64,000 nucleotides of DNA from Mobula hypostoma (GCF_963921235.1 NC_086097.1:114826001-114890000), one strand, 5' to 3'; counted from the stretch's first letter, positions 36,291-49,600 are shown. Notes: generated by a model not told the origin, from the sequence alone. Translations and numbers: made by a program.

Positions 36291-38676
36291 CATATTACTG
36301 ATTTAAACAGGGCAATCAAGCAGCACACAACTGAATTCAATCCCGGTTCCCAGTCGAGCCCCCAAATGTAGCCCCCCCCCCCCCCGGTAAACCTCAGGCT
36401 CACTCAACTCGCTGTCGTCTAGGGGAAGCAGCCTTCGGTCCCGCCAAACTGGGTAATCAAGTTTGTGTGGATGCTGTGTGATTGTACCCCATCCCACCAA
36501 ATAACAGACAAAAAAACCATATGTGATTAAATGATTAGAATTTATAGATATTACTGGAACTATATAATTAATAGAGATAAAATATAAAAGGAAAGTAAAA
36601 GGTGCCAAACTTATCAAAGTTCAACCTCTTCATGCACAAACAGTTGGAGCTCTAGTAATGATCCTCTCTTCACTATTCGATCCCCTCTGACCACCTCAAC
36701 CCACCACCTGGGACCAACCACGGTGGTCGACCAGACGCTCCACAAGAGTCTGTCTTCGTCTCCTCTCCTTGCCGAAGACCCTGGACCTTGGACTCCGGCT
36801 CGAGGTCTGCCCCATTGGCCAGCTCACAGCATCGCATCCACTCTCTCTCTCCCCATCACGCCTTCTGCCCAAAAACCAGTGCATCACAATAGCTTACAGA
36901 CACACAAGAAAGAATAACATCTATCCCAATTGGTTAGCAACCGAACACAACTCCTCTATAACCCAAACAAGCTGCTAGCGAGAGAACTTTCTCAGCAGTT
37001 AACATAGCAAAGAAGCCATTTTAATTAGCCTAAGCAGTAACATAAAAGAAGAAACCCCTTACATACGTTACAGGAGGTACCTAATAAAGTGGCCACTGAG
37101 TGCATGTCTGCTGATGCAAATGGAGCTTCTCTTTGTGAAATGTGACACTCCCTGAGGTGCTGCCAGAGCGGGTAATTTTCATGGCTCCATTGATACAACA
37201 CAGAACAGGTAATTGTCAATCAACTCAGTGCTTTGGTTCATCCGACTCCAGTAAAACAAATGACTGGAGAACACTGCAGGCTAATTCCCACAGTTAGGAA
37301 CTTTATGACCGCCAGAATCACATTACCTCCTGGGTTCCAGCACGCAGGAACCTGCCTGACCTCCAAGACAAATGTATTTGATATAAAATGTGCATGGACA
37401 GCAACTTGCACGGCAAGCTCATTAAAATTGATGGACAGAAAGTCACAGGGAGCACACCCGGAATTTCTTGATCCGAGCTGTCACACTGCCCGAGGAGGAG
37501 AAATTGCAAATGTACTATAACATACACAAAACACGTGTCTCAGAATTCAGAGAAAACTTTGAACTGGACCACGGAATGAATTGAAACTGTGAAGAGCCTA
37601 ATTTCATGCATCTATTTTCACATACTCTTTATTAATATGAATGCAAATTCCACTGCATGAAAGAGAAAAATGGTTCAAATGGTTCAATTTAATATTGGAA
37701 AATGTATGCAGTTCTTATTGAAATTCTTACTCTTTGCAGACGTAAACCAGACAGAACAAAGCACCAAAGAATGAATGACAGAAACATCAGAATCTCAAAG
37801 CCCCCCTCCCCCCCACGCACAAGCAACAAGAGAAGCATCAACGCTCCCCCTCCCCTCACTTACACCAGAAAAAGCACTCCCCCACCTCCACCATGCAAGC
37901 TGCCAAAGAGAACTTGGTCTAGACTCCACCAAAAACTACAGTCCAGAACCCAGTAAGTCAGTACCTCAAACAGGCTCTCTCTCATTAGCCAGCGAGTGGA
38001 GTAAAAGCAGAACAAAAAGGGCAGCTTTTAATTGAACACTAATGATCACATTGCAGTAATTAATAAAGGCTGAAGTCACTTTCTTCCACTAGCTTCTTTG
38101 AGAGATGTGAAGGTTTGATAGGCAGATCACTCTGTCAGTCACAATGAAACACTATTAGCTACTTTTAAATTAGCCAGTCCAGTGATTCAGAAAGCTGAGC
38201 TGTTCAAACCATTAGTATTTGAAGAGGTTGCATGCTCTTCATGTATCTATACCATAACGATGATATTGTTTTAAGACTGAGGAGACACACTTAAACATTA
38301 TACACGGTAGCATTCGTGGTCAGTGCAATCCATTACAGTGCCAGCAATTGCCAGTTGGGGTTCGATTCCTGCTGTTGTCTGTAAAGAGTTTGTACTTTGT
38401 CCCTGTGATCCAGGGGATTCTTCTTGGTGCTTTGGCTTCCTCCCACAATTTGAAGACGTATCGTTAGCGTTAGGTTTTAGGTTTAGTAAACTGTAGGCAT
38501 ACTATGTTGGCACGTAAGTGTGGTGACACTTGTGGGCTGCCCTCAGTACAATACTTAGCGATTTGATTTGATGCAAATGGCACTGTATGTTTTGATGTAC
38601 CTGCGACAAATAAAACTGATTGCTCTCCTTGTTAAATTCTACTCAGTGACAGATATTTGTTTGCTACTTCTTTGTT

Positions 38677-40620
38677 CAGTTCCCCTGCACTACCACCCTC
38701 CTCCATCTGGCAGAACTGGTCCTCACGCTCAATAATTTCTCCATTGGTTCCTCCAACTTTTTCCTAACAGTTCCCCTCCACAACCACCCTCCTCCAACTG
38801 GCAGAACTAGTCCTCAAGCTCAACAATTTTTCCAGCAGCTCCTCCCAATTTCTTCAAATTCCCTGGCCCTAACTGTCTCATTTTCAACATGGATATCCAA
38901 TCCCTATACACTTCTATCCCCTATCAAAGAGGCCTTAAAACTCTCTGCTTCTTTCTCAAAAAAAGATCTAAACATTTTCCCTCCATCACCATCCTCCTCC
39001 ATCTGTCAGAATTGGTCCTCACCCTCAATTGGCTCCTCCAACTTTCTCAAAACTAAAGGGCACCCCAAGTGCCCCAGCTATGAGTGCTTTTTTGTTGGCT
39101 ACAAAGAGCAGTACATGCTCCAAGCCTGCCCTGCTAATGCTCCGCAACTCGTTCTGCACTACATTGATTAATGCATTGGTGCTGCTTCATGCACCCATAC
39201 TGAGCTCATCAATTTCATCAAATTTGCTTTCAACTTCCACTATGCCTTTAAATTCACTTAGTCCATTTCTGACACCACTCTCCCTTTTTGAGATCTCTCT
39301 GTCTCCATCTCTGTAGAAAAACTATTGACATCTTTTATAAACTTACCGATACCCAAGGTTATCTTGACTATACCTCTTCCCACCCTATCTCCTGTAAAAA
39401 TGCTATTCTCTTTTGTCAGTTCCTTTGACTCCACCAAATCTGTTCCAAGCATGAGGCTTTCCTTTCCAGGACATCAGAGATGTTCTCTTTCTTCAAAGAA
39501 TGGGGTTTCCCTTCCTCCACCATTGATGCTGCTCTTACCTGCATCTCCTCTATTTCACAGACATACATGCCCACGCCATCGTCCCACCACTTTAACAAGG
39601 ATAGAGTTCCTCTTGTCCTCACCATCCACCCCATAAGTCTCTACATCCAATACAACATTCTCCATAACTCCAGCCATTTTCAAAGGGATCCTACAACCAA
39701 ACACATCTTTACCTCTTCTCCCTCCCTTTCTCTACTTTCCACAGGGAGTGCTCCCTTCATGATTCCCTTATTCTTTCATTATTTCCCACTGATCTCCTCC
39801 CTGGCACGTAGCCCTACAAGCACAGAAATACTACACCTCTCCATTCACCTCCCTTACGTTCAAGGCCCCAAGCAGTCCTTCCAGGTGAGGCAGCCCTTCA
39901 CCTGCTAACCTGTAGGGGTTGCCTATTGTTTCCAGTGCTCCTAATGCAGCCTCCTCTACATATTTTATAACTCCAAATCAAACCAAAAGAAAAACATAGG
40001 AGTCAGGGCTAAACATGTCTGCTTTGTTTCACTTTAGTGAGGCTCAAAATACACTACAGGTGAGACCCATCATTAATTGGGGCCCACTTTGTCAAGCACC
40101 TCCGCTCCATCTGCCAAAAGCCGAATTTCTGAGTGGCCAGCCATTTTAATTCCGATTCCCATCCCCATGCTGACCTTTCAGTCCATGGCCTCCTCTTTTG
40201 CTAATCACAGGGTAGAGGAGCAACATCTCATATTCTGTCTGGGTAGCCTCCAACCTGATGAAATATTGATTTCTCTTCCCCCTTCCCCTCCCCCGTCACT
40301 CTTCTTCTAATCTCCACTGTAGGCTCTTACCTCTTCCCCTCACCTCCCCTGATACCCCCCTTCTTCCCTTTCTTCCATGGTCTACTCTCCTCCTCTCAGA
40401 TTTCTTCCTCGCCAGCCCTTTTACCTTTCTCACTCACCTGGCTTCAGCTATCATCTTCTAGTTAGTCCTTCCTTCCCTCCCCTACCTTTTTATTCTAGCA
40501 TCTTCCCATTTCCTTTCCAGTCCTGAAGAAGGGTCTTGGCCTGAAACTTTAACTGTTTATTCATTGCCATAGATGCTGCCTGACCTGTTAAGTTCCTCCA
40601 GCATTTTATGTGTTTTGCTC
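38677..40620 (+). mobile_element. Degenerate Penelope-like element (RT, GIY-YIG, 3' end)
   Basis: Colinear with 56030-57803 (FFKEWGFPSSTID, DRVPLVLT, EEQHLIFCLGSLQPD). 5' end carries two extra copies of a ~70-90 bp RT segment. Confidence 0.85.
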
Positions 40621-42252
40621 TTTATGAAATATTTTGAACTAAACAATTTCTTTAAATTAATCTTGGGTCTTAAAGATTTTGCTGGAAATACTTGGGCCTG
40701 AGGTACACTGGCTCTGAGAAGATTTAATGCACACAATGTATATAACATTTTTATAGCCCTTGGAGGCTGAGTTATTGTACTAATTAATTAGGTAACAGCA
40801 TACAAGTCTGTGTACTGAACCAAAAAGCAACACTCTTCTAGGTCCTTTCCTATCTTTGGTAAGAACCCAGCAAACTCCAGACTGAATTCAAAAGCTGCAA
40901 TGCAGGAAATGCAATAATCTGTCTGAACAAAGTAAACTTCTGCAAACAACTGTGTCAGCATTGATGGTTTAAGAATAAATGTCAGTCAACATATCTCCTT
41001 TGCTCTTTGCATCAGTAGTAAGGGATCTTTCATATTCACTTGAGAGAGAAGCTGGGGTGTTAATGAAATGTTTCATCTAAGATACATCATCTCTTACAGT
41101 TTTGGGCAATCAAAGATGGATGTGTATTAATATGAGTCTCAACCTGAAATGATAACATTGTTTGTCTTTCTATAGATATTATCCAAGTATTTTCAGCTTT
41201 TGTTTATATCAAAGTTATTATTTGGTGTGCTCTGTAGGAAATAAAATGAAAACAGAATGGTTTATATAAACCTCACATGCAAAGTTCAACAGAGAGCAAA
41301 TATAAGAAGAAAAAGGTCAGAAACTCCAGATAAATTAGCTTGAAGTTTGTTATATCAAAATCCTAGAATTGTTAAAAATGGATGTGAAAATGATGTGAAG
41401 ATCCCAATATTAGTCAGAAGCAATTTTTTTAATAAAAAGGAATTCATGTTCAATTAGTGAATAAAGTCTTTAGATATAAATATCTGGGCAGACAAGAGAG
41501 AACCTGTAGATATCATATATCTAGAATTCTAAAAGGCATTTGTTGAAACATCACACCACAGTTTGTAATATAAACTTGGTCGGGATTGAGGGTAAGATTT
41601 AGCAACAGGATTGTTTAAAGGATTACAACTGAGGTTACGAGATTTAGTAAAGACATCTATTCACAATTTAAACTTTCTTTTCTTCTAAGTGACTAATGTA
41701 TTTCCAATTCAAAGCTGGCGAGGAAAGTAAACTGTGAGGACACAGCATGTCTGCAAAAGGAGACAGATAATTTAGCAAGTACAGCAGATGGAGTTTAATG
41801 TGGAAAAAATGTGAGCTTGTGCACCTTTATAGAAAGTGTGGACAAACAGAACATTTACAAATGGTGAAAAGAATAATTGGTTTACAGAGGAATCTTTCCT
41901 CAAGAAGGCAGCATCCATTTTTAGGATCCTCACCATCCAGGACCTATCCTCTTTTTATTGATACCATCAGGGAGGAGGTACAGGAGCCTGAAGATAGACT
42001 CTCAACTTTTTAGGAACAGCTTCTTCCCCTCTGCCATCAAATTTCTGAATGGACCATGAATGCATGAACACTACCTCACATTTTGCTTTCTTTTTAACAC
42101 CAATTTATTTTTTAGTATGTATATAACATGCGGTAATTTTTAATGTATTGAGCTGTACTGCTCTGCAAAATTATACATTCATGGCATACGTCAATGAAAA
42201 TAAACCAATTCTGATGTTGATATACTCATTTGTTAGGATCAGAATCTAAATA

Positions 42253-42424
42253 TAGGTGAACCCTACTTTACGGGGAGATTGCATTCCTAAGGAAAGGTCC
42301 AAATCGTGACTATCCACAACGCGAAGTCATGTCATCATGTCATCCAGACATTTTGATATTGATTTGTGAATTGCATAAGAGCCTATTCTGTTACTCGAAC
42401 TGCTCTAACGCAAGGGTCGCTTGT
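42253..42424. mobile_element. Short TA-flanked MITE
   Basis: TA-TAGGTGAACCCT...AGGGTCGCTTG-TA degenerate terminal inverted repeats. Confidence 0.4.
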
Positions 42425-42954
42425 ATATAGTTAGAGTAAACATTTGGGAAGGCAAGTTGTATGTTAGTCTGTATTACAAACATCAAAAGGGTAAGGAGAT
42501 CTTACTGAAGTTGCACAAGTTTGCTGAGATTTCATGAGAAGTATTTCATTCAGATTTGCACCTTACTTCATGAAGGAAGCATTCTTCTTAGTCAGTGCTG
42601 TGCAGGTTCAATACACAGATTTTGGAAACAAGCGTTTCGAATGAAGATGAAAGTTGAGAAAGATTAGCACCAAGGTTAGAGGAGCAATAGAAATAATAAA
42701 GTACAAAGTTTAAATTTCAAAGTAAAATTTATTATCAGAGTACATAAACATCGTCACATACAACCCTGAGATTCTTTCTTCTGCGGGCAAATCTATAGAA
42801 CACTAACTGTAAACAGGATCAATGAAAAGCAAACTGTGCAAATGCAAATATAAATAAATAACAATAAATAACATGAGCATGAAATAACAAGATTAACAGT
42901 CCTTAAAGTGAGACCATTGGTTGTGGGAACTCCAGAAATAGAATGAGTGTAGTT

Positions 42955-44790
42955 ATCTCCCGTTGTTCAAGACCCTGATGGTTGAGGGGTAGTAACTGTT
43001 CTTGAACCTGGTGGTGCAAGTCCTGAGGCAGGACTCACACCTTCTACCTTCTACCTGATGGCAGCAGCGAGAAAAGAGCATGGCCTAGATGGTGAGGATC
43101 TTTGATGACAGATGCTGCTGTTCTATGGCAACGTTTCATGTAGATGCGCTCAATGGTTAGGAGGGCTTTATCCGTGATGTACTGGGCCAAATCCACTACC
43201 TTTTGTAGGATTTTCCACTCAAAGGCATTGGTGTTCCCATACCTGGCTGTAAATGCAGCCAGTCAGTACAATTTTCACCAAGGCTTTTGATGACATGCCA
43301 AATCTCTGCAGACTCCTGAGGAAGTAGAGGCACTGTTGTGCTTTCCTTGCAATCATATTTATATGTTGTATCCAGGGCAGGTCCTCTGAGATAGTGATAG
43401 GACAAGAATTTGAAGTTACTGACCGTCTCCAACTTTGATCCTCTAATGAGTACTGGCTCATGGACCTCTGGTTTCATTCTCCTGAAGTACTACAATCAGT
43501 TCCTTGGTCTTGTTGACATTGAATGAGAGGTTGTTGTTATTACACTACTCAGCCAAATTTTCAATCTCCCTCCTGTATGCTGATTCATCACCACCTTTGA
43601 TACGGCCCACAACAGTGGTGCCATCAGCAAACTTGTTGGAGCTGTACTTAGTCACACAGTCATAGGTTTAACGCGAGTAGGGGAGGGGGACTAAGTACAC
43701 ATCCCTGTGGTGCACTTGTATGATGGAGATTGTGGAGGAGATGTTTTTGTCAATCCAAACTGATTGGGGTCTACAAGTGAGGAAATCCAGGATCCAATTG
43801 CATAAGGGGGTAGTGAGGCCAAGGTTTTAGAGTTTACTAATTACAACGTTTGTAGTTTTGAGGGGATAATGGTACTAAATGCTGAGCTATAACAGATAAA
43901 GAGCATCCTGATGTGTGCATCTTTGCTATCCAGACTGTGTGAAGATCCAATGAGATGACATCTGCTGTGGACCTGTTGCTTCAGTAGGCAAACCGGAGTG
44001 TATCCAAATTGTCACTCTGACAGGAGCTGATATGTTTCAATACCAGCCTCTCAAAACACTTCATCACTGTGGATGTGAGTGCCACTGGGTGACAGTCATT
44101 GAGGTAAGTCAGCAAGCTCATCTTGGGCACCGGTGTGATTGAAGTCTGCTGGAAACCGGTGGGTACCACACACTGCCAGAGCGAGAGGCTGAAGATATCC
44201 ATGAATACACCAGCCAGCTGTTCAGCACAGCTCTTCAGTACTCATCAGGTACTCTGTCTGGATCCGATGCTTTCCTTGGATCCACTCTCTTGAAAGCAGT
44301 TCGCATATCATCTTCATATATACTGAGACCAAAGGATCGTCGGAAGACATGGAGGTGCGCGATGGTTCCTCCTTGTTCTGGTGTCAAAGTGAGCATAGAA
44401 GGCATTGAGCTCATCTATAAGTGAAAATCTGCTGTCCCCTAGATTTAGCTTTGTAGGTGGTTATGCCGTTCAAACCCTACCACAGCTATTGAGAATCCCT
44501 CATTGATTCCAGGTTAGGCCGGAATCTCCACATTGCTGTGAGGTGGCTTTCCAGAGATCATACCTGCACCTCTTGCAGCATTCCTGATTTCTAGACTTGA
44601 ATGCCTCTGATCTGGCTCTCAGCGAATTCCAGGGCTCCTGATTGGGGAGAACTCTAAACGATTTCATGGGGACACACTCATCTACAGCTGTTTTAATAAA
44701 GTCTGTTACAACCCTGGTGTAGTCCTTCAGGTCCTCAGATGAGTGCTTGAACAAAGCCCAGTCCACTGACTGAAGGCTGTCCATAACTGA
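42955..44790 (-). mobile_element. Rex1/Babar LINE ORF2 remnant
   Basis: DIFSLSL..CVVPTGF, LNDCHPVALTSTVMKCFERLVL and ARKAQQCLYFLRSL motifs. Confidence 0.88.
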
Positions 44791-47018
44791 CACAAATGCA
44801 AGCAAGATTGCATTCAATTTTCTCTTAAACATCTTTAATGCTTTGACATGAAGTACTGTTTAAGGTAACCCTAAAGATTTCAGAATTGGACAGAGAACTT
44901 CACCTGTTCGAATCATAAATTTATATGAGTTTAGCATAACAAACTTGGGTTATCTTCTCTGAGGATTGCACCTTGTCACAGCGAGCTCCTGAGTTCCTGA
45001 GAGTAATACTGTCTGGAACTTAGTCCCATGGCAGGAAGGTCAAGGGGCACATTCCAGACAAAGAACGATCCAACTAAGACCTTAGTGGTGGAGCTGGCAG
45101 AAGATGATGACACGTCACAATGGCAATGAAGTCAGAGGATGGCTGTAGCAATGAATGGCTCCCAGTCATCTTATGTGCCATGCCAGTGGACCCTGACCCC
45201 TGTTACGTACCCCGCAACAGGTTAAAGAAGCAGCAGAAATGGAACAAACCTGGAGTCTGGTTTTGCTTTTAACTAGTGCTATTTTTATTAGTAACTACAC
45301 AATGTAGTGATATAAAACCAGATAAATCAAACAGGTTAGCAGAACTTATGTATATACAGTTGTGTAAATATAAAACCCAAACTTCTTCAAGCTTAGGTGG
45401 TAAGGGATACAGTTTCATGATGGAATATAAGATAGTTCAGTTCAATGTTCAGGTTAAGTAATGAGAGATATTTGTAATCCAAAAGGCAAATGTCGTGAGA
45501 TGGCTATTACGTTGATATTCCACAGATTCCACGACAGCAATACCAGATAACGATAGTAGTAGGTTTTATCCCTGAAGCTGTTCCACTCCACACATGAAAT
45601 ATCAATGACAGTGATCTTCAACGAATATCCTTTTAACACAAGTGATACCACACCCGAATTCAGCTTCAGGTCACCCCAAAGTGGTGGCCACAGAATATTC
45701 CAACAGAATCCACGTATGAATTATCACCAACAGTAGTCTATCACTGAGGTACCATCTTTAAGTGGTAAAACTACCAATCCAGGCAAGGATTATCACACAC
45801 AGGTAGTTTCCACACAAGGTTACCCCAAACACACAACTGTAATACCCACTTATCCAGTTCTACGACATACGAAACAACTCCAACAGTGATTTGCCACAGG
45901 GGTGCCTTTCTTCAGTGAACTACCACACCCAGACAAGGGTAACACACACGTGGTATTCACAAAGGTTTTCCCCTCACCAGAGAACCCACTCCTGTGGATT
46001 AACTAAGTGACAATCACACTTCTGTAGTCGAATGGAAACAAACTCACCCTCACGGGCTACTTAGAGAGAGAGTCCAAACAGTGATCTCTTTGACATTGGG
46101 TTTCTTCTGTTTCAAATCTATCGCTCCTCTCTTCTCTTCCTGCAAACTTGTTCTAGTTGCAGAAAACTTGTGAGAGTCATTTATCAATACTCAGGATCGA
46201 TCTAAACTCACCCCTTTTGGGCTACTGAAAGTTTAAACCAGCGAACGATTCACTGGTGTATTCCATTGACCGAATCCATCTTGACTCTGAGCGTGTTTTT
46301 CTGTGTCTGTAACTGTCCTTGTAAAAAGTAAACATGCTGCAGAGAAACCATAACATCGATTGTCCGTCAAATAAATCCACCTCTCTCTCTCTGGAGCAGC
46401 TCAAACAGGGTCCAAAAGTCAGTCTCCTTCTCCTGACGTTTTAAAGTGACAGTCCACAGAAAATATGAACCCTAGGGGTATAAAACCCCTACCCCCAAGA
46501 AAGCAAAATTTTGCTCAAAGAGCAAATTTTTTTTTAAACTGTACATTACGGAATATAAAGCAATACATATGTGATTAACATGTATCACATTCCAGAAGCG
46601 TATACAATTACTAGTTTCTATTTCATTTTTGAACTTAACATTCAAACAGTCAATCTTATTGTCTTTTATTGTTATTGTCTTTATCTTTCACATGCTTTGT
46701 TACAAAAAAAAGTCTAATTCCCGCAAAACCAGATCCCGTTTTATTCAAAATGGCATTTGATCACCCATTGTCCCTTTTCCGCTTCGAAACATAACACTTA
46801 GCCATCATATGATCATCTTGCTTACCAGCTTGCATAAGGCCTTCAAAGACTCCCTGAACTTTACTCTGCACAGGTGCCAACTCACCACTCATGTTTTCTA
46901 AACTAAGCCCAGTCGCTGAACTTCCAAACAGGTTCTTTGTTGCAAACAAATCATTAATTTTATCTCCAAGAACTTCAGTTCTACTGGTTTCCATAATAAC
47001 ACCCACAGATGATCCCTC

Positions 47019-48218
47019 CTAGTCAAAACAACACTTCAAGTTTTGTCTCTCCACACCACAAACTTGGTAAACAACCCCACGTTGTTTATTTCTAAATTCC
47101 AAAACATATTGTAGCAAATTAACATGTAGTGTCTCAGTATCTGAGAGAGCTGCTTCTCTCAGCAAGGTCAAAGGTCTTGAAATCAATCCAAACTTCATAG
47201 GTACTTTATTCAAAAGTCCAGAAACAGCACACTTCCCAATACCGTCAATAACATTTATCTCACCAATTTTCATCTCATCACCTGCTTTTAGAACCCTATC
47301 TAACACAAGTGACTGAGAATCCTCAATTTCCACTAGTACAAAGGTTAACCCCTTATTCACTGAACCAAGTCCATCTGACAGAAAAGGACTGCATTCCTTT
47401 TCCACCGAGTCAGACAACTCAGACCCTAACTGAGTTTCAACACAAGGTTCAGTACCCTGTGAATCCACAGGTACTTCAACAAGCTGAACACAGGCAATTG
47501 GGACTGCCTCTTCTCCTGGGCTTTCATCACTAGTCCCAGTTTCCAGGTTACCCTGATCCTCCCAGCTACTCTCTGAGAAACTCTCACCTGGAGTAAACTC
47601 AACCTCGTGGGTTAGAACAAATTCGTCTGCTAACCTAGCAGACTCCTGCAAGGTAGTGGCACCCTTTTCATCTAGGTATGCCCTTACATCATCGGGGACA
47701 CACTTCTTAAACTCTTCAGTCAAAACCAGCTCTTTCAAGCTGTAAAAATCAGCAGGGTCCAACACTGGACCTCTTTGCTGCAATATCTCTATCTTTTCTA
47801 TCTCGAACCACCTCTGTCTTTCTGCTTCATCCCTTGGCTTGTCTGCCTCCTCAGCCTCGAGCTGTCTTACTCGTAACTCAAACTCGAGCTGTTGCTGTCT
47901 TCGCTTCACCTCGGCCTCGATCCTTAATCTTACCATCCGATACTGGTGCTCAAACCCGCTAGGTTTACTTTCAGAAAACAACTCCGACTCCTCCACTTTA
48001 AACACCTCCTCAGGTACATAATACTCGGCTATTGTCCTCTTTATCTGTGACCCTCTCATGGTCGATTTCACCTTAGTAAGTTTCACCTTTTTAGCAATAC
48101 TCAACAACTCAAACCTTCTGCCGTCCTCTAATGCCTCAGAAGTTGGCGCTTTCAGAAATTTACCAGCATCCATTTCTGCTGTTTTCCACACAAACAAATC
48201 AAAAGGGATTTTCCCCAA
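47019..48218 (-). CDS. Open 399-codon Gag-derived mosaic ORF (Gag N-terminus, coiled coil, SCAN-like capsid segment, catalytically dead protease remnant, integrase-tail fragment)
   Basis: LKELVLTEEFKKCVPDDVRAYLDEKGATTLQESARLADEFVLTH (Gmr1/SCAN-like); EIEDSQSLVL where DTGASQS is expected; NLLQYVLEFR. Likely ATG at 48173. Expression unknown. Confidence 0.7.
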   Translation of the reverse strand: MGKIPFDLFVWKTAEMDAGKFLKAPTSEALEDGRRFELLSIAKKVKLTKVKSTMRGSQIKRTIAEYYVPEEVFKVEESELFSESKPSGFEHQYRMVRLRIEAEVKRRQQQLEFELRVRQLEAEEADKPRDEAERQRWFEIEKIEILQQRGPVLDPADFYSLKELVLTEEFKKCVPDDVRAYLDEKGATTLQESARLADEFVLTHEVEFTPGESFSESSWEDQGNLETGTSDESPGEEAVPIACVQLVEVPVDSQGTEPCVETQLGSELSDSVEKECSPFLSDGLGSVNKGLTFVLVEIEDSQSLVLDRVLKAGDEMKIGEINVIDGIGKCAVSGLLNKVPMKFGLISRPLTLLREAALSDTETLHVNLLQYVLEFRNKQRGVVYQVCGVERQNLKCCFD

Positions 48219-48330
48219 TCAATTCGATTAAGCCCCCAAACAATTTTAAAAAGGCTCCAAACAATTTGTTCATAACCTGGATGCAGGCCCCAGTTTTGTT
48301 AGGGACCCGGGATGGGTTAAAATACAGCAG

Positions 48331-48372
48331 GTAAACAGGAGATCCTGGGCTCAGATCCCAGCAGTGCCTCCA
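48331..48372 (+). tRNA. 3' half of tRNA-Thr including CCA, serving as an extended PBS
   Basis: GTAAACAGGAGATCCTGGGCTCAGATCCCAGCAGTGCCTCCA versus remembered vertebrate tRNA-Thr ...GTAAACAGGAGATCCTGGGTTCGAATCCCAGCGGTGCCT+CCA. Lies 4 nt from the LTR edge. Confidence 0.85.
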
Positions 48373-49531
48373 ATCTTGTTACGTACCCCGTAACGGGTTA
48401 AAAACCAGCAGAAATGGAACACACCTGGAGTCTGGTTTTGCTTTTAACTAATGCTATTTTTATTAGTAACTACATAATACAGTAATATAAAACCAGATAA
48501 ATCAAACAGGTTAGCAGAACTTATGCATATACAGGTGTGTAAATATAAAACCCAAACTTCTTCAAGCTTAGGTGGTAAGGGATACAGTTTTACGATGGAA
48601 TGTAAGATAGTTCAGTTCAATGCTCAGGTTAATTATTGAGAGATATTTGTAATCCAAAAGGCGAATATTGTGAGAAGGCATTTACGTCGATATTTCACAG
48701 ATTCCACGACAGCAATACCAGATAACGATAGTAGTAGGTTTTATCTCCAAAGTTGTTCCACTCCACACACGAAATATCACCGACTGTGATCTTCAATGAA
48801 TATCCTTTCAACACAAGTGGTACCACACCCGAATTCAGCTACGGGTCATCCCAAAGTGGTGGCCACAGATACTCCAACAGAATCCACATATGGATTGTCA
48901 CCAACAGTAGTCTATTACTGAAGTACTGTCTTCGCGTGGTAAAACTATCAACCCAGGCAAGGATTATCACACACAGGTAGTTTCCATACAAGGTTACCCC
49001 AAACACACGACTGTAATAGCCACTTAGCCAGTTCCACGACATACAAAATAACTCCAACAGTGATTTGCCATAGGGGTGCCTTTTTGCAGTGAACTACCAC
49101 ACCCAAACAAAATATATATTCACAAAGGTTTTCCCCTTACCAGAGAACCCACTCCTGCGGATTAACTAAGTGACAATCACACTTTCGTAGTCGAATGGAA
49201 ACAAACTCACCTTCCTGGGCTACTTAGAGAGTGATCTCTTTGTCATTAGGTTTCTTCTGTTTCAAACCTATCTCTCCTCTCTTCTCTTCCTGCAAACTTG
49301 TTCTAGTTGCAGAAAACTTGTGAGAGTCATTTATCAATACTCAGGATTGATCTAAACTCACCCCTTTTGGGCTACTGAAAGTTTAAACCAGCGACCGACT
49401 CACTGGTGTCCTCCATTGACCGAATCCATATTGACTCTGTGCATGTGTTTCTCTGTGTCTGTAACTGTCCTTGTAAAAAGTAAACACTCTGCAGAAAAAC
49501 CATAACATTGATTGTCCATCAAATAACTCCA

Positions 49532-49600
<69 letters not shown>

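Larger units (their letters stand above)
33277..37063 (-). mobile_element. Non-autonomous Gypsy LTR retrotransposon carrying a myosin-derived insert
   Basis: LTRs 33277-33954 and 36367-37063 (TGTAGCCCC...CCCTTACA). tRNA-Pro-type PBS (plus strand CCCAGTCGAGCCCCCA, ~36349-36364). PPT at 33955-33966. No clean TSD. Confidence 0.95.
32765..37102. mobile_element. Tc1/mariner-type MITE interrupted by the Gypsy insertion
   Basis: Terminal inverted repeats CTCTCAGTGAGCACTTTATAAGCTAC and GTACCTAATAAAGTGGCCACTGAGTG; TA on the left flank. Confidence 0.75.

Noticed and set aside
48331..48372. Functional tRNA gene
   Set aside because: The 5' half and A-box are missing, CCA is encoded and the T-loop is mutated; it is a PBS-derived copy.
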